From positions 1 to 64,000 of the IMG/VR virus record IMGVR_UViG_3300034418_003613: a stretch of DNA of 64,000 bases; one strand, given 5' to 3'. This DNA is from a virus. Positions 45,701 through 57,900 of the stretch are shown piece after piece. The notes beneath the pieces are model-generated. The model made no database searches, was not told where the DNA came from, and saw nothing but the letters and a program-made list of their open reading frames with translations. A program made the position numbers and the translations under genes. The first letter of the stretch is position 1; every line of letters begins with the position of its first letter.

Positions 45701-45977
45701 TAAGTTTGATAAAGGTGGTGTTATGAGAGTTACTAGAAACGGTGATGGTGAGTACATGGGGCATATAACTCTTCAGCAGTTTGATGATCAAACTGGTAGA
45801 TTTTTAGATTTACCAGAGCAATCTATTAACCTAATGGAATATATGCGAGGTCAAGATCCAGAAATGTATTTGGATGCAGCCGTTTATGAATTAGAACAAA
45901 AGACTATTGCTTCTAAGGCTGAAGCAAATAACAAGCTATATCAAGAGTGGAGTGCAGCTAATAAAGCAGAAAAGTAA
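42759..45977 (+). CDS. putative ejected/cargo virion protein
   Basis: 1072 aa, mostly helical, immediately upstream of the virion RNAP gene. Confidence 0.55.
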   Translation: MATYIPGVESYLPEFKPFTPDYKFLSDVLDTKTTRYNTNYKQLNDLYSKVVYAPLSREDTQSMRAQYTDGLSQKLQKISGMDLSLMQNVDAAKGVFKPFFEEDTIVKDMVMTKTYQDERAFANRLKNDPDKERYSMYNPDHVRAMDYRMQDFIDADPESALSAPLPQYVPDVDLYNMGIDLLKEQGFEVTKDILSPGGQFIVRQTNGNLVTAEALEFLQRSFVDDPRVQEAYYTKSFVEGRDKAAQFMEQGVVSSVEDGQRMWANETIDYFTRLAAERAAEQKQELSEKTHSVTSWDIFKKKYGIVEGSEQAKMMEEKFSEYQALSQSLQTTNNIISEGLVDGQGEPTQTLLNRAYNMTMQYNLKEDLIASARQYAKMTESTQITGENPDYTRDQQHKYDLMMEAIKQSNRERLAQMEAMLEGGGAARGFLDDALATPVGGAATLTVAAGKDGKVFDVLATNNQKIAEANNELIGGKIGAVLAALPYFQPDVNRNNSYTITLGGEEVSGSLDQLTKRLSKVNSEDNTYVYEEDINKMYSEYNAYLNPQPNSTGITLSDEDAAKKISQDYPSIVGDVYKNLKTRYTAVNKRQSRVNSVMVENGNHLKEQYDRIVQLIKTQKSGQVMEPKYQDVLKAINKGGLDFEIMVPAGDSYRMLSKQEFVERYVEGARAGKYEAIQGWWSRNTVLGQKSHYNKNYLKNVNYRAPLDLTPPPNRFVFAEDEAMKDASELYDIMYNMLNNTQNGKYTGEAEQIKDFREDGKDINTDVRDQRFFTTYNAGSGLMGRPQTGTVEDLVMYPGQRYIINPSTIGSYDSELLRQELSYAARQITSAGDQGITIQPGDMQDEDSNFDAPSDSVAEQIINAFLRDLNAYSITPKAQKGTPPSATFTYYPVYGNPEDLEKEHAAYVFEIDDQWIRENTGLLSTGGQKDRPISAFELAKYRTITVGFRKENDINPAREGQFNFSDVISDINYNDNHQYYNKFDKGGVMRVTRNGDGEYMGHITLQQFDDQTGRFLDLPEQSINLMEYMRGQDPEMYLDAAVYELEQKTIASKAEANNKLYQEWSAANKAEK

Positions 45978-45985
45978 GATATAAT

Positions 45986-48900
45986 ATGGATTTACCTAAT
46001 GAACCAAATGTAGAGCAGGACTCTAAGGTACCAGGCGCAATAGATATTCCACCTTCTGTTCCTACAGATAATTTTGTGTTTCAACCATCTGACAGTTGGT
46101 TGGATACACCAATGACTCAGGAATTTACCGCAACTCTTGATCCTGACTATGTAGCGCAGATAGAACACTACAAACCTATCATAGATAGATATGCGCCTGG
46201 TTCCTTAGCTAATTTTAATACACCATTTCCAGGACAGTCTGTAAACCAATATAATCCTGTAAGCCAGCAGACTGCTCCTGATATCTCTACTGCAGAAGGA
46301 GCATTAAGAGATTTACAGATGACTTTAGATCAAGGCATGTCTGTAGATGCTATGGGTACTGTAAAGCAACGCAAGATTCAGGATCCAATATTTGCTTCTA
46401 GAAAAGCTTCACAGTTTGATAGATATTATGAGCATCCCAAGTTTGCTGAGTTAGGATTCCATCCTTATGCAAACAATGAGCAGTTTTATAATACTAACTC
46501 AGACATCTTTGATGATATGTCTAGGATGAGTGGTCAGTTTGGACAACTTGTTGGTTCTGGATTTATCAGTACATATAGAAGTATTGGAGATCTTTTTGAT
46601 CAAGATGAGAGTTACTTTACCCAACCAGACCTCCAAACTGCTGATGAATTTGAAGAAGCTATGGCTATTGGTATGTCTACACGAGAAGGTGTGGGTGCAT
46701 TTGCCAACAACCTGTTATTGAATTCTGGTTACACAGTTGGTATTATTGGGTCTATTGCATTAGAAGAATTAGTATTAGCTGGTCTAACTGCAGTAACTGG
46801 TGGTGCTGGTAGTGCTGCACTTGCTGCTGGTACGGCTAGGAATGTTGGTAGATTAGGGCAGGTTGTAGCCAACTCTTTTAAACTGCCACGACTAGCTAAA
46901 GCTACCCGGCAGATGCTGCAGACTCTTAACCAGACTGACAATGCTAGAGATTTCTGGAAGGCCACAAAGTCTGGTGAATGGGGTATCATGGGTACATTGT
47001 TTGCACCAGAGACTATGGCTGCTGTCAAGAGTTTAAAGACTGGTAAGAATGCTGCACAGAACTTAACCAACCTTGCTAAAGCTCAGAATGTATTTGGTGG
47101 TTTCTATAGAGACTTAAGAGCTGTCAACCTTGCTTTTGCTGAGAGTAAGCTTGAGGGTGGTATGGTTTATAACCAACAGATTCAGAATGGTTTAGCTATT
47201 CAAGAGGCTAAGGGAGACCTGAGTCCTGAAGCATTAGATCGTGTTAGAGAGGGTGCTGATAGAGCTGCCTTTGGTACTATCATGATGAATGCTCCTTTGA
47301 TTTACTTCTCTAACCGGCTTGTATTAGATAATGCGCTGGGTGGATTTAATAAGTCTCTGGGTAGATTGATGAATGATAAGATTACCGGTGTAGGTAGAAA
47401 GATCATTCAAACCACCAAGACCATTGGTAAAGATGGGAAGATTGCTAGAGATGTCTTTGATATTGCCGAAGATGGTCTCAAAGGCTATCTAAAAAGAATG
47501 AAGGCTGCAGGCGTCAAAGGGTCATTAAGACTTGGTGCTGGAGCTAGCCTTAGATACTTTGCAGCTAACGTAGCTGAAGGTATTCAAGAGATAGGACAGG
47601 AAGCAATTGGATTTGGTACAAAGCAGTACTATTCTAATTTGATCAATGATCCTATGTATGGAGGAGCGGAGATGGTAGGTACTGCTATTTCTTCTGCTGT
47701 TGACAGTCAGTTCTCTGAACAGGGTGTTGAGACTTTCTTATCTGGTTTCTTGATGGGTGGTGTTGTACAGGGACCACAGAAGCTCTTGTTCCAAGGCATG
47801 CCGAATCTTTACACAAGAGTTGCTACACCTGAGAAGTATAAAGAGTATAAAGAGAACAAGAAAAAGTTTTATGACAGTCTGAAGGAGACTCACAACAAGG
47901 CATGGAATGCTATGGCAGAGGATCCTAATGCAGTGTTTGATCCTAACAAATTAAACTTCTTGGTTCAGAAGGAGGTAGCCGCTGAGATGAAGAGATCTGC
48001 CTATGCTGATGATCAGTTTGGGTTTATGGATGCTAAAGACTTTGGTAAGTTTCAGCAGATGTTTACCATCATGCAAAATGGAACTTCCGACCTGTTTAGA
48101 AAGCAGTTACAAGATTATCTAAACCTTACAGATGAAGAGCTAGTTCAAGCATTCCCTGTATCTAAGAACGAGGTTAAGTCTGGTAAGCTAAGGGAAAGAA
48201 TTCAAGATATGATTACTCAGATAGATAAGACTGAGGAAGCATATAATAAGAATAAGGACAAGTTTGAGAATCCTTTTGATCCACAAAAATTTGACAAAGA
48301 CTCAAGGGAATATCGTGATGAGCAGCTAAAGCAGATTGCCTATGAGCATGCTAGATATCTCTATATGTTTACAGAGGATGGTTTCAATAGAGCATTAGAG
48401 AGAGCTGACACAATCTATAATGAATTAGCAAGTGATCCTATCTTAAGTAAGATTGCTGCCAATGACATTACCGTGTTGCTTGATCAAGATACTTTAGCTA
48501 AAGAGGTTGAGACCTTGATGCTTGAGATTGCTACACTTGAGGATACTGGTGAGAATAAAAAACTTAAAGAGCAGAAACTTGAGAGGTTAACTAAGCTCCA
48601 AGCTCTTTATGGAATACTTTCAGATCCTGAGAATCTTACTTCTAAGGGTGTGTTTGATAGAAGAAAGATCAACAAGGTTACAAAAGCGTTTGAGGCATAT
48701 GTACAATATCTTGCCGATACAAAGGATGGTTTTGTAGACAGAAAGCGGATCCAAGAAGTTCTTAAGAAAATTGTTGATTATAAGGCACTTAAGGGTAGAG
48801 CTCGGGTATACGATAAGGCTATCCAGTATCTTTCTAATCCAAAGAATCTTGATGATATTGTTGCAAGACAATATGAGATCAATAAGCAAATATTCAAAAG

Positions 48901-51900
48901 GAATAAGTCAGAGTACATTGAGAGGGTTAAGAAGTATGTAAATAAGAATGAGGCTAATACTCTATTAAATGAGTTAGTCAAACTTGGCGTATATCCAGAT
49001 GCAGAACAAGCTACAGAGTTTTTAAAAACAGGTGATGTTAGATATCTATCAATCTTCTTTACTGAACAGGGTATGGTTGACCCTAAGTTTGACAGAGAGT
49101 TATACCAGCAGATTGTTGAGAAGCTTGATGTTTATAAGCAATCTACCGAAGTAGAGGAAGAGCAGACTGCAGAAGAGAAAGAAGTATCCGCTGATACTAA
49201 GAAGTCTACAGACAAGATTGATGAAGTCTTAGATAATGCTGGAGTAGATGCACCAAGGAGTCAAACCTTTGGGTCTACCAAGAAAGTAAATCCTGTAGGT
49301 AAAACCTTACTACAAAAACTCTACTTAAAGTATAGAACCAATCAAGCTAACTTAGCTAAGAAAGCTAAGAACTGGAGCTCATGGTTAAATACTAAAGAAG
49401 CCCAGGTTGCAAACAGAGCTTATGAGGCTTTAAAGCAGATGTGGTATGCAGAGATTGAGGGTAAGTATAAGACCCAGAAAGCTTTGGACGCTGCATATAA
49501 ATCAGATAAAGGGTTTATTAAGTGGTTGGCTCTGCAAGAAACAAATCCCGATGTTATTGATATTCTTGAGGAGTCTGGTTTAGCTTTCTCAGATTTCTAT
49601 AATACCTCTACATCAGAAGAAGTTGCAGATACAGTTGATGCTGAATCTTTTGACGGTGAGGTGGTTGAAGGTAATATCCCAGGTAGTAGTTATGTGATAG
49701 TAAAGTATAGTACTGTAGATGAGACTGGTAACCCTGTTACTTACTATCAGATAAAGACACGAGATAATAAAGATCTCTCTGATGAAATTGTGAAAACAGC
49801 AGGCATCAGTCCTGGCGCAACGTTTCCTACATTAAATAAAGCTAGTAAGGCTAGAGCCAAGTTGGAAGAGGAGGCTCCTGCAGCAACAACATTTGATTTT
49901 GATGGTGTTGAAGGGTTATACAGAGGAGCTACAGTTACAGACGAGAACGGTAAGGAGTATGTCATTACGTCTAGTGCTAAGAGTATTCAGAAGTATAAGA
50001 ATCTTTCATTGATTCCTATAGATAAGGTTGATCTTAAAGGCAAGGAGAGAAAGGAGGCTACAATTATTGTGAAGCCTGGTAAGTTCAAGAACAACTACGA
50101 ATTAGAGAAGATAGGTTTTGAAGCTCTTCCTAAGAATGTAAGTCGTTTAACTTTAGCTGAAGCTGTTAGAGCATATGGTCATCAGAATCGTAGAGGTAAA
50201 GCTAATGAAGAGAGCAGAGAGGATGCAGGTAAAAGAATTGATGCTATTGTTGAAACTCTTACTCCTGAGGAATTAGGGCAACTTGAGTTGGTTATAACCC
50301 GCAATCCAAATGGTGGGGAAGTAATTCAAGATGAGTTTGCATATGAAGATCAAGAGGCAAACCCTCTGATTTCCAGAGTTGTAGAGTTATATACTATAGG
50401 TCTGCGTATCTCAGATCCAGACATACAGAAGAAAGTTAATAAAGCCCTAAAAGAAAAGGGTATAGAGAAGAGTGATTCTTCTGAAGGGTTCTTTGCTTAC
50501 ATGCCTAACTCTAATGTACAGATCCGAAACGCTGAAGGTAAAGTAATTGATCCTAGACAGATTGATGATCAGACTGCAAAGAATACTTTCTTTAGTACGT
50601 TGCCTGTGCCCAATGCATTGAGCATTATTAGAGACAACTTTACTATCCAGAAAAACCTTATTCGTTTTGTTGCTGAAAAATTAGGAGATGCAGACTCTGT
50701 CACTATACCATACTCAGAGTTAGAACAGTCCGGTAATTTTTCTATAGTGCGTAATAATGGCAGTTTTGATTTAAACAGTGATCCCAAGTCATTAAAAGAT
50801 CTGGCTTATCATACTGTAGACGGCAACATTATTATTCTTGATAATAGAAAGTTTGCCAGTAAAGAGGGTGAAGTAACGCGTAGGACAGATATTAAAACTA
50901 ACATTGATGATGTAGATCAAGAACCTACAAATGAAAAGCTCAAAGAAATGCTTGGTGAGAGCCTTTACAATAAGGCTAGGAATATGGGAGCATACGTTGC
51001 TATCATCAAATCTCCTAATGGTCAGTATACCCTTGCTGAGTTGAAACCTACACAAGCTACTGAAGAGGAGGCTGTTGGTTTATTTGAAGAGCTTGTTAAA
51101 CGAGCTGCTCAGACACGTCAAGAAAATTTGTCAGATCCGGAGGACATTACCTCTGATCGGAAGGATCTTTCCTACAATGTTGAGTGGAACAAAGATTTTA
51201 AGACTCGTTTATATATTAAGACTAAGCCTGGTTTTGATGTTCAGATTCAGGTTGATCCTTCTGGAAAGATTAGCCTTAATGTCTACGACAAGAATAAGGA
51301 AGAGCCTGTTCTAAAGCATACTAAGAAAAGTAAAGGCAAGGAAGGCAAGCCCGCTCCTATTGTTTTCCACCATTCTGCAATTGAAACTATTGTTGATAGT
51401 GGTGATTATGCTGCTGCACTAGACAATCTATTTGACACCTTCAACCAGCAGGAAGCGGCTAAGGCACTTGGTTTAAAACTTGAGAAGTCCAACATTAGTA
51501 AGAGTTTTGAGAAGCAAGCTGATGTTGATACCATTATTGAGAACACTACTACTACTCTTGATGATAGGGTTAGATTCAATTACAGACTTACGCTACAACA
51601 GGATTCTGCAGATATAGAAGCAGGCAGAAATGTTCCTGATCAGGTTGATGAGTCTAACAAAGAAACTAAAGAAGAACAGAAAGATAATGAGACTCTAGAG
51701 GAGAAGATAGAAAGAATGAGTCAAGAGAACGAAGCAGCTTCAAATGAAGCTGCTGAGACAGAAGATCCTGAAGTTCAAAATGAGTTAAGCATTAAAGAAT
51801 TAAAAGCACTAAAAAAAGCAAGAAGGCTTGAGATAATTGAAGAGCAAAAGAACTTACCTAAAGATCAACGACAAAAGAATCTTAACAAGTATATTCAGAA

Positions 51901-54900
51901 TGATCCTGAGATAAAAAGACTTACTAATCTAATTGCAAACAATTCTGCTAATAAGATTGTGTCACCAAATCTTTCTTTCTCAGACGTAGAGGACATCAAT
52001 GTATTTAAGTCTTGGGCAGAGAATGCCTTGCCTGACTTTATTTCTATAGATGACATTACAACTCTAGGTGATAACCTCAAGGCCGGTGGTGTAAGAGTTG
52101 GCGCTTTTGTTTTGGATCTGCATGATATTGCCGGTAATACCACAGTTAAAGGAACAATCTACACTGGAGCCAGCAATCCATTTAGATATCATGAAGCATT
52201 CCACTCTGTCTTTAGACTTCTTCTTACAGATCAAGAGATAGATAAGTATCTGGGTATAGCGCGAAGAGAGGTGAGAGAAAAGCTTAGAAGGGAGGGTAAG
52301 AACTTTAAGACTGAGTTAGAAAAGTTTAGAAACTCTGCTGACACATATACTAATATGTCAGAGGCTAGATTGATTCAAGAATACTATGAAGAATATTTAG
52401 CAGATCAGTTTGAGTTGTTTAAGACTAACCCTAGAGCTACTCAGACCAGTAGTGAGAATAAGTCTTTGTTTACTAGAATTCTTGAATGGATTAGAGCTGT
52501 TCTTGGAAACTATACTAAGAACGAACTTACTGAGTTATTTGAGAACATTGACGCTGGAAAATATAAATCAGCATCTACTGTAATAAACAGATTTACAGAT
52601 GCTGCTATACAAGGTGTAACTATCCAGGCTAATGCCCTTCTTCCATATGATGAGATTAAGTCTGATGACGGCACCTCATACAAACTATATATATCTGCTG
52701 AGGCAGCAAGTAGTTTAGTGCGTAGCATGTCGGCTATCTATATTCAACGAGAGGAGAATAATACAGATCCTAATAAGACTAGAGATAATCTTCTAGACGA
52801 AGTAATAGAAGACTTTCAGAAGTTATATGACTGGCAGGATCCAATGAATGAAGATCTTGATCCTGATCAGATTGATTCAATGTTGAACTATGAGTCTGTC
52901 TTTGTTGGCTATAGAGATGCTCTAAAAAGATCTTTGAAAAAATATCTTGCTCTGGTAGATATAAGCTTTGATGAGCAGATCTATGTTGCAGAGCAGAAGG
53001 AAGACAATGAAGGATTAAGAGGTGTTGATGATTGGGACAAGGATGCATCCTTGATTGGGGGCTTTAGTTCTTTATCTGCAAGCTTGCGTAGATTCATAAT
53101 GAGTACAACTGTGGCAGAGAGTGATGTCTTTGGTCACACTGAGGTAAAGAAGGGTGAGAAACTTATTGTACCTGTAAACTTTAATGAAGCATATAATGGT
53201 TTATTAAAAGCTGTAAGAAGTACAACAGATCCTGGTGCGCTTTTACGTCAGATGTATTTGTTTGGTCAGAATAATCCACAGACCGAAGCTGTTGTTAATA
53301 GACTCTTTAGTGCAATTGGAGTTACTTATGAACAGATATTAACTGAAGAGAACTGGGAATCTGGTGTAAAGAGACCTTTGTTCTTTAACTCTGTCATCAA
53401 AGGATTGGAGAATTTCCGTGTTGACTACTTATTTATCCATAGAGACTCTGGTAGTGGTAGGATCTATACCTATAGTGCTGCAAATAGAGATGATGCAAAT
53501 ACTCAGATAGACAGATGGGGTCAAGCTTATTCTAGATTATACCGTGATAAGCTTAGAGTAGATGGAGCGTTTAGGACAGAAGCTGTGAATTTCTTAGATA
53601 GATTCTATAGACAGCTTGGTAAAAATCCTAAAAGTATGACTGATCAGAAGCTTGATGAAGAAGTAAGAAAGCTTCAGACAGGTTTCAGAGAGTATTTAGG
53701 TATACAATTAAGCAGGCAATATCTTGAGCTTCACTTTATAAATAGACTACAGAATCTTACAGATAATCAGACTCTTAGGAAAAAGGAGTTTAAAGATGTT
53801 GTTACACTAGATCAAGAGGATGTAAGTAACATGAAGGCTGCTGTAGAGAATAATGAATATCTGTTCAGCACTTCTGATACAGGCATGCAAGGTGTCCTAA
53901 AAAGAATATCATTATCTAATGCTCCTTTTGATGAAACTGTAGGTGCTTCTGTATTTAAGAATGCTAATGGTGATTTAGTATTTGCTCACCAGAAACCAAC
54001 TCTTCATTTAAAAAAGGTAGCTGCATTAAATGGAGTGGATAAGCTGGAAGAGCTGAGAGAGAAAGAAGAAATAGAAGGTGTAAGATATCTAGAGAATAAC
54101 TATCTTTTGAATGATCCGGCTTTCAAAGAGATGTCTTTAGAAAGAAGACTAAAGGTCACTAGAGTATCAGGGTCTAAGGTAGGTAAGATTGAAGCTGGCG
54201 AGGATGGTATTGAAGAACAGGGTAGGTCTGAAGGAAAAACCTATGGTGATTTTACAGCAAAGGAATTTGCTGCAGCTTTGGTTAATGCCTATACGAATAC
54301 ATTTAATGCAACAACAGGTAGGTTAGATGGTGAGATTACTATCATCAACGATGAAGGTAAGGAAGAAAAGGTGGCAGTTGCACCAGTTCTTATCCGAGTA
54401 ATTGAAGCATCTAACACTGGTGATATGATGGAACTACCAGTTATCAAGGCTGTAGAACTTGCTAAGAATGGAAGAGTTGAGTTAACTGACAAGGCTATGC
54501 AAGCCTTTGTAGATAACATCAAGAATGAGTTTAAGAGGATTCAAACTGAGATCTCTCGTAATCCTGCAGATAAAAGAAATATTGAGGATTACTACAAGAC
54601 TGAAGAGGGTAAAGAAGTTGGTAGAAGTGTAACGTTTCATGAGAACGGCACATTGCTTCAGCCTGCTAAAGAGATTGATGTATATTCAAGATCTGCCACT
54701 TTTGTAACATCTGCTACTGCAATAGAAAGATTACGTGAAGGGACGCAGAAAGCCCTTCTTTACGCAGAAGACACTGCTAGAGATGTTATCAAGTTTTTAG
54801 ATACAGATGAGTCCAGACAAGCATTTATCCAAGAGTATAAAAACGAAAAGAATAGAATTGAAACCGTTGTTAATAACTTAGGAAAGGTAAAGGTTACCAA

Positions 54901-57900
54901 AGAGAATAGGGAGGCAATGATAGAATTGCTTGGAGATGCGATATCCAATGAAGAAACGGATCAGTATAAATATTCTTACACTCTTGGTACAGCAACATAT
55001 TACTTAGAATCAAGAGACTTAGCAAGATTTTTAGAAGGTAGAAAATCTATGTATGTCTATGTTTTGAGTGATGAATCATTTGCTGGAACTAAAGAGAGTG
55101 AGGCAGATCAAGCACTAGAGGAAGTTGGCTTGACTCCTAATAACCTCAGAGATTATAAGACTGAGATTGAAGAAGCTATCAGAGAGAATCCTGAGTTGAG
55201 TTTTGAAGAGGTAATAGAGTCTCTAGGTGGTATGGAATCCTTTGAAGAATTCTTGAGGTATAGACTTGATATGGAGTTTAAGAACTTTAGGGACCGTGCT
55301 AAGTCTCTTATGCCTGAGAGTGAGTATAGTAAGTATATAACGTCAGGTCTTACAACAAAGGCTGGTGTTTCTAGTGGAGAGACTGCATTATCCGCTAAGA
55401 GATTAAATCTTGTAGAAGGCAACCTTGAGCATAATTTGAAGCAGATCTTCTTTAATGATTTCATAAACACTAGAGCCATAAATCAAATATTGCTTGGTGA
55501 TCCTTCGATTAGTTTAAAGGACGCAGTAGATGCTGTAAAAAGAGCCAAGATGCAGAACGCGGCTTATGATAGTGCAGCTAGTATTATCAGTGCTCCAGAA
55601 TACGGCGTTGAACATCCTGTACAGCAGATGAATCTATTTGGTTTTACAGAACCTAAAGTAGCTGCTACGCACAACCCAGGAGACGTTACTAAGAATGCAG
55701 ATGCTCAGCTGTGGCTTACCTTAAAGTCCTTTAGGTATATGTGGTTTGGTCTTGGTAAGCTGAGTGCAACACAAGCTCAATTATTAGATAGAATTGAAAA
55801 AGGTGAAGACATTCCGTATGAGGAGCTTTTAGGCAATGCAGATAAATCTAATGAGAGTTTTGCCAAAGTAAAGGCAATGCTAAACTCTAAGAAGTTTGTC
55901 TATGGTGATGGGAAAGTATTTGTAAAGATGTCTGCTTTTACCCTTACCAAGTCATTTACATCAAGACAGGATGAGAATGGAAACTGGGTACCCAGAGCAA
56001 ACAAGCTTGCTCTTCACAACCTGAGAGTTAAGATGGAGCAGTTTGAAGAAGCTCAATGGGACAATGGTAACGGTGTAGGTACTATTGCAATGGCTGCACC
56101 TGTCTCAGCATTAAAAATGATGAAGGAGAATATTCAATCTATTGATTCAGTATTAGCTACCGACACTCCTTTTACAGCTGAACAATCCATGCAGCTTGAT
56201 GCAAACTTTATGGGTCTTCAAACAGTGAACCCATCTAACAAACTTATAATTACTGACCCTAACCAGATTAAGACAATTGTTACTTCTGAGCAAAAGGATG
56301 ATACTGAAGTTATTCTAAATGATGAACTTACTACTATTGGTAAGATTAGGAAGAAATATAATAAAGCTATTCGTGATAGGGTAAGCTTAAGATATGCTAC
56401 TAAGAGAAATCTGATATTTGATTTTGACGTTGAGTATGCAATGGAGGCATTGGGTAGAAGTAAAAAGTCTGGTAAAATAGAACCAGATCTTTATGTATAC
56501 CTGCAGTATGCTAGATCTGCTCTTGAAGCATCTAACTCTACAAGTAATATTCTTGAGATGTTCTCTGTTGATAAGAACGGTCAACAGAAATATAATCTGA
56601 ATAATCCTCAAACTGTTAAGAAGTTTGAGCAGCTGTTCTTGTCATTCTTCTCTAAAGGTGTATTTGCCGAGAAGACTACAGGTATGAGTGTTGCTTTAGT
56701 ATCTGACTACGGCGCAAGAGTTTATAGACGAGTATTCTCTGTGGATGAGAATGGAATGCCAGATAAGCATGAGGTTATTAGAGAAAATGTTTGGGAGCAA
56801 ATGTCAGATAAACCTGATGTTGTTTTTAATATTGATGATGGAGAGAAAGCTCAAGATGATAAGAATCTTACAGGTCTTGCTGCAGCTATCAAGAAGGCAG
56901 GCTCTAAGGGTGTGGTTATCATTGACCGTCTAAGATCCAACTTGAAAGAGTATGATTCTAAGGGTAAATACACGGGTCAAAGATATTCTGAAGGTATGCT
57001 ACCTGCTCACTATACTGAAGTTGGAGACTTGATTGCAAACTCTGATAGACCAATTCCAGATGTTGTTGCTAAAATGTTTGGAGTACGTATCCCTTCACAG
57101 GATAATCACTCAACAATCAATATTAAACTTGTTGATTTCTTACCGGGATTCTATGGGTCTTCTGGTATTTTTAGTAGAGAACTTATTGAGATATCAGGAG
57201 CTGACTTTGATATTGATAAACTCTACATCCAGAGTAAGAACTTTTATGTAAAAGATGATGAGTTTATAGAGTATGGTAAGGCCAAGACTAAGAATGGTCA
57301 GTATCAAGACTACATTACTGCTATGAATGCCAGCGTTAAAAAGCCTGGTTCAGACTTAACCCAAGCATTAGATAGGTTTAGGAGGTTTGGAGGTAAAAGA
57401 CAATTTACTAAAGCTCAGCGTGATAAACTTTTAAAAGCAGGATTCACAGAGAATGCACTTAAAGCATTGAGCGCAACCGGATTACCTATAACCTATGCGG
57501 AGTATCAAGATCATAAAGAAAACTATGGGGAACCTTATGAAGAGGCTATTGATAATGATGTATTAGACTACAAGTTTGCTCTTATGGGTAATGAGTATGT
57601 TACTAATACACCTGATGCTGAAGTTCCAATCTCATATGAGCCTGCAGACCTTAAACCTTTGACCGAGACATTAAAGAAATTGGCTGAAGAAGTACCTTAC
57701 TTCAAGAATATCATAGACAATGAACAAATGGATGTCGATAACCTTCTTGGTAAGCTGTTAAGTTTTGCAGCTAACAAAGAAGGAGCTGCAAATATTGGAT
57801 CAGTTGTACTGCCAAACTTGTATTTAAACTTGCTCCAAGAGTATGATGTCAAAATTAAACACATTAAGCAGGGTGGTCAGACAATTACTGCAAACCTTAG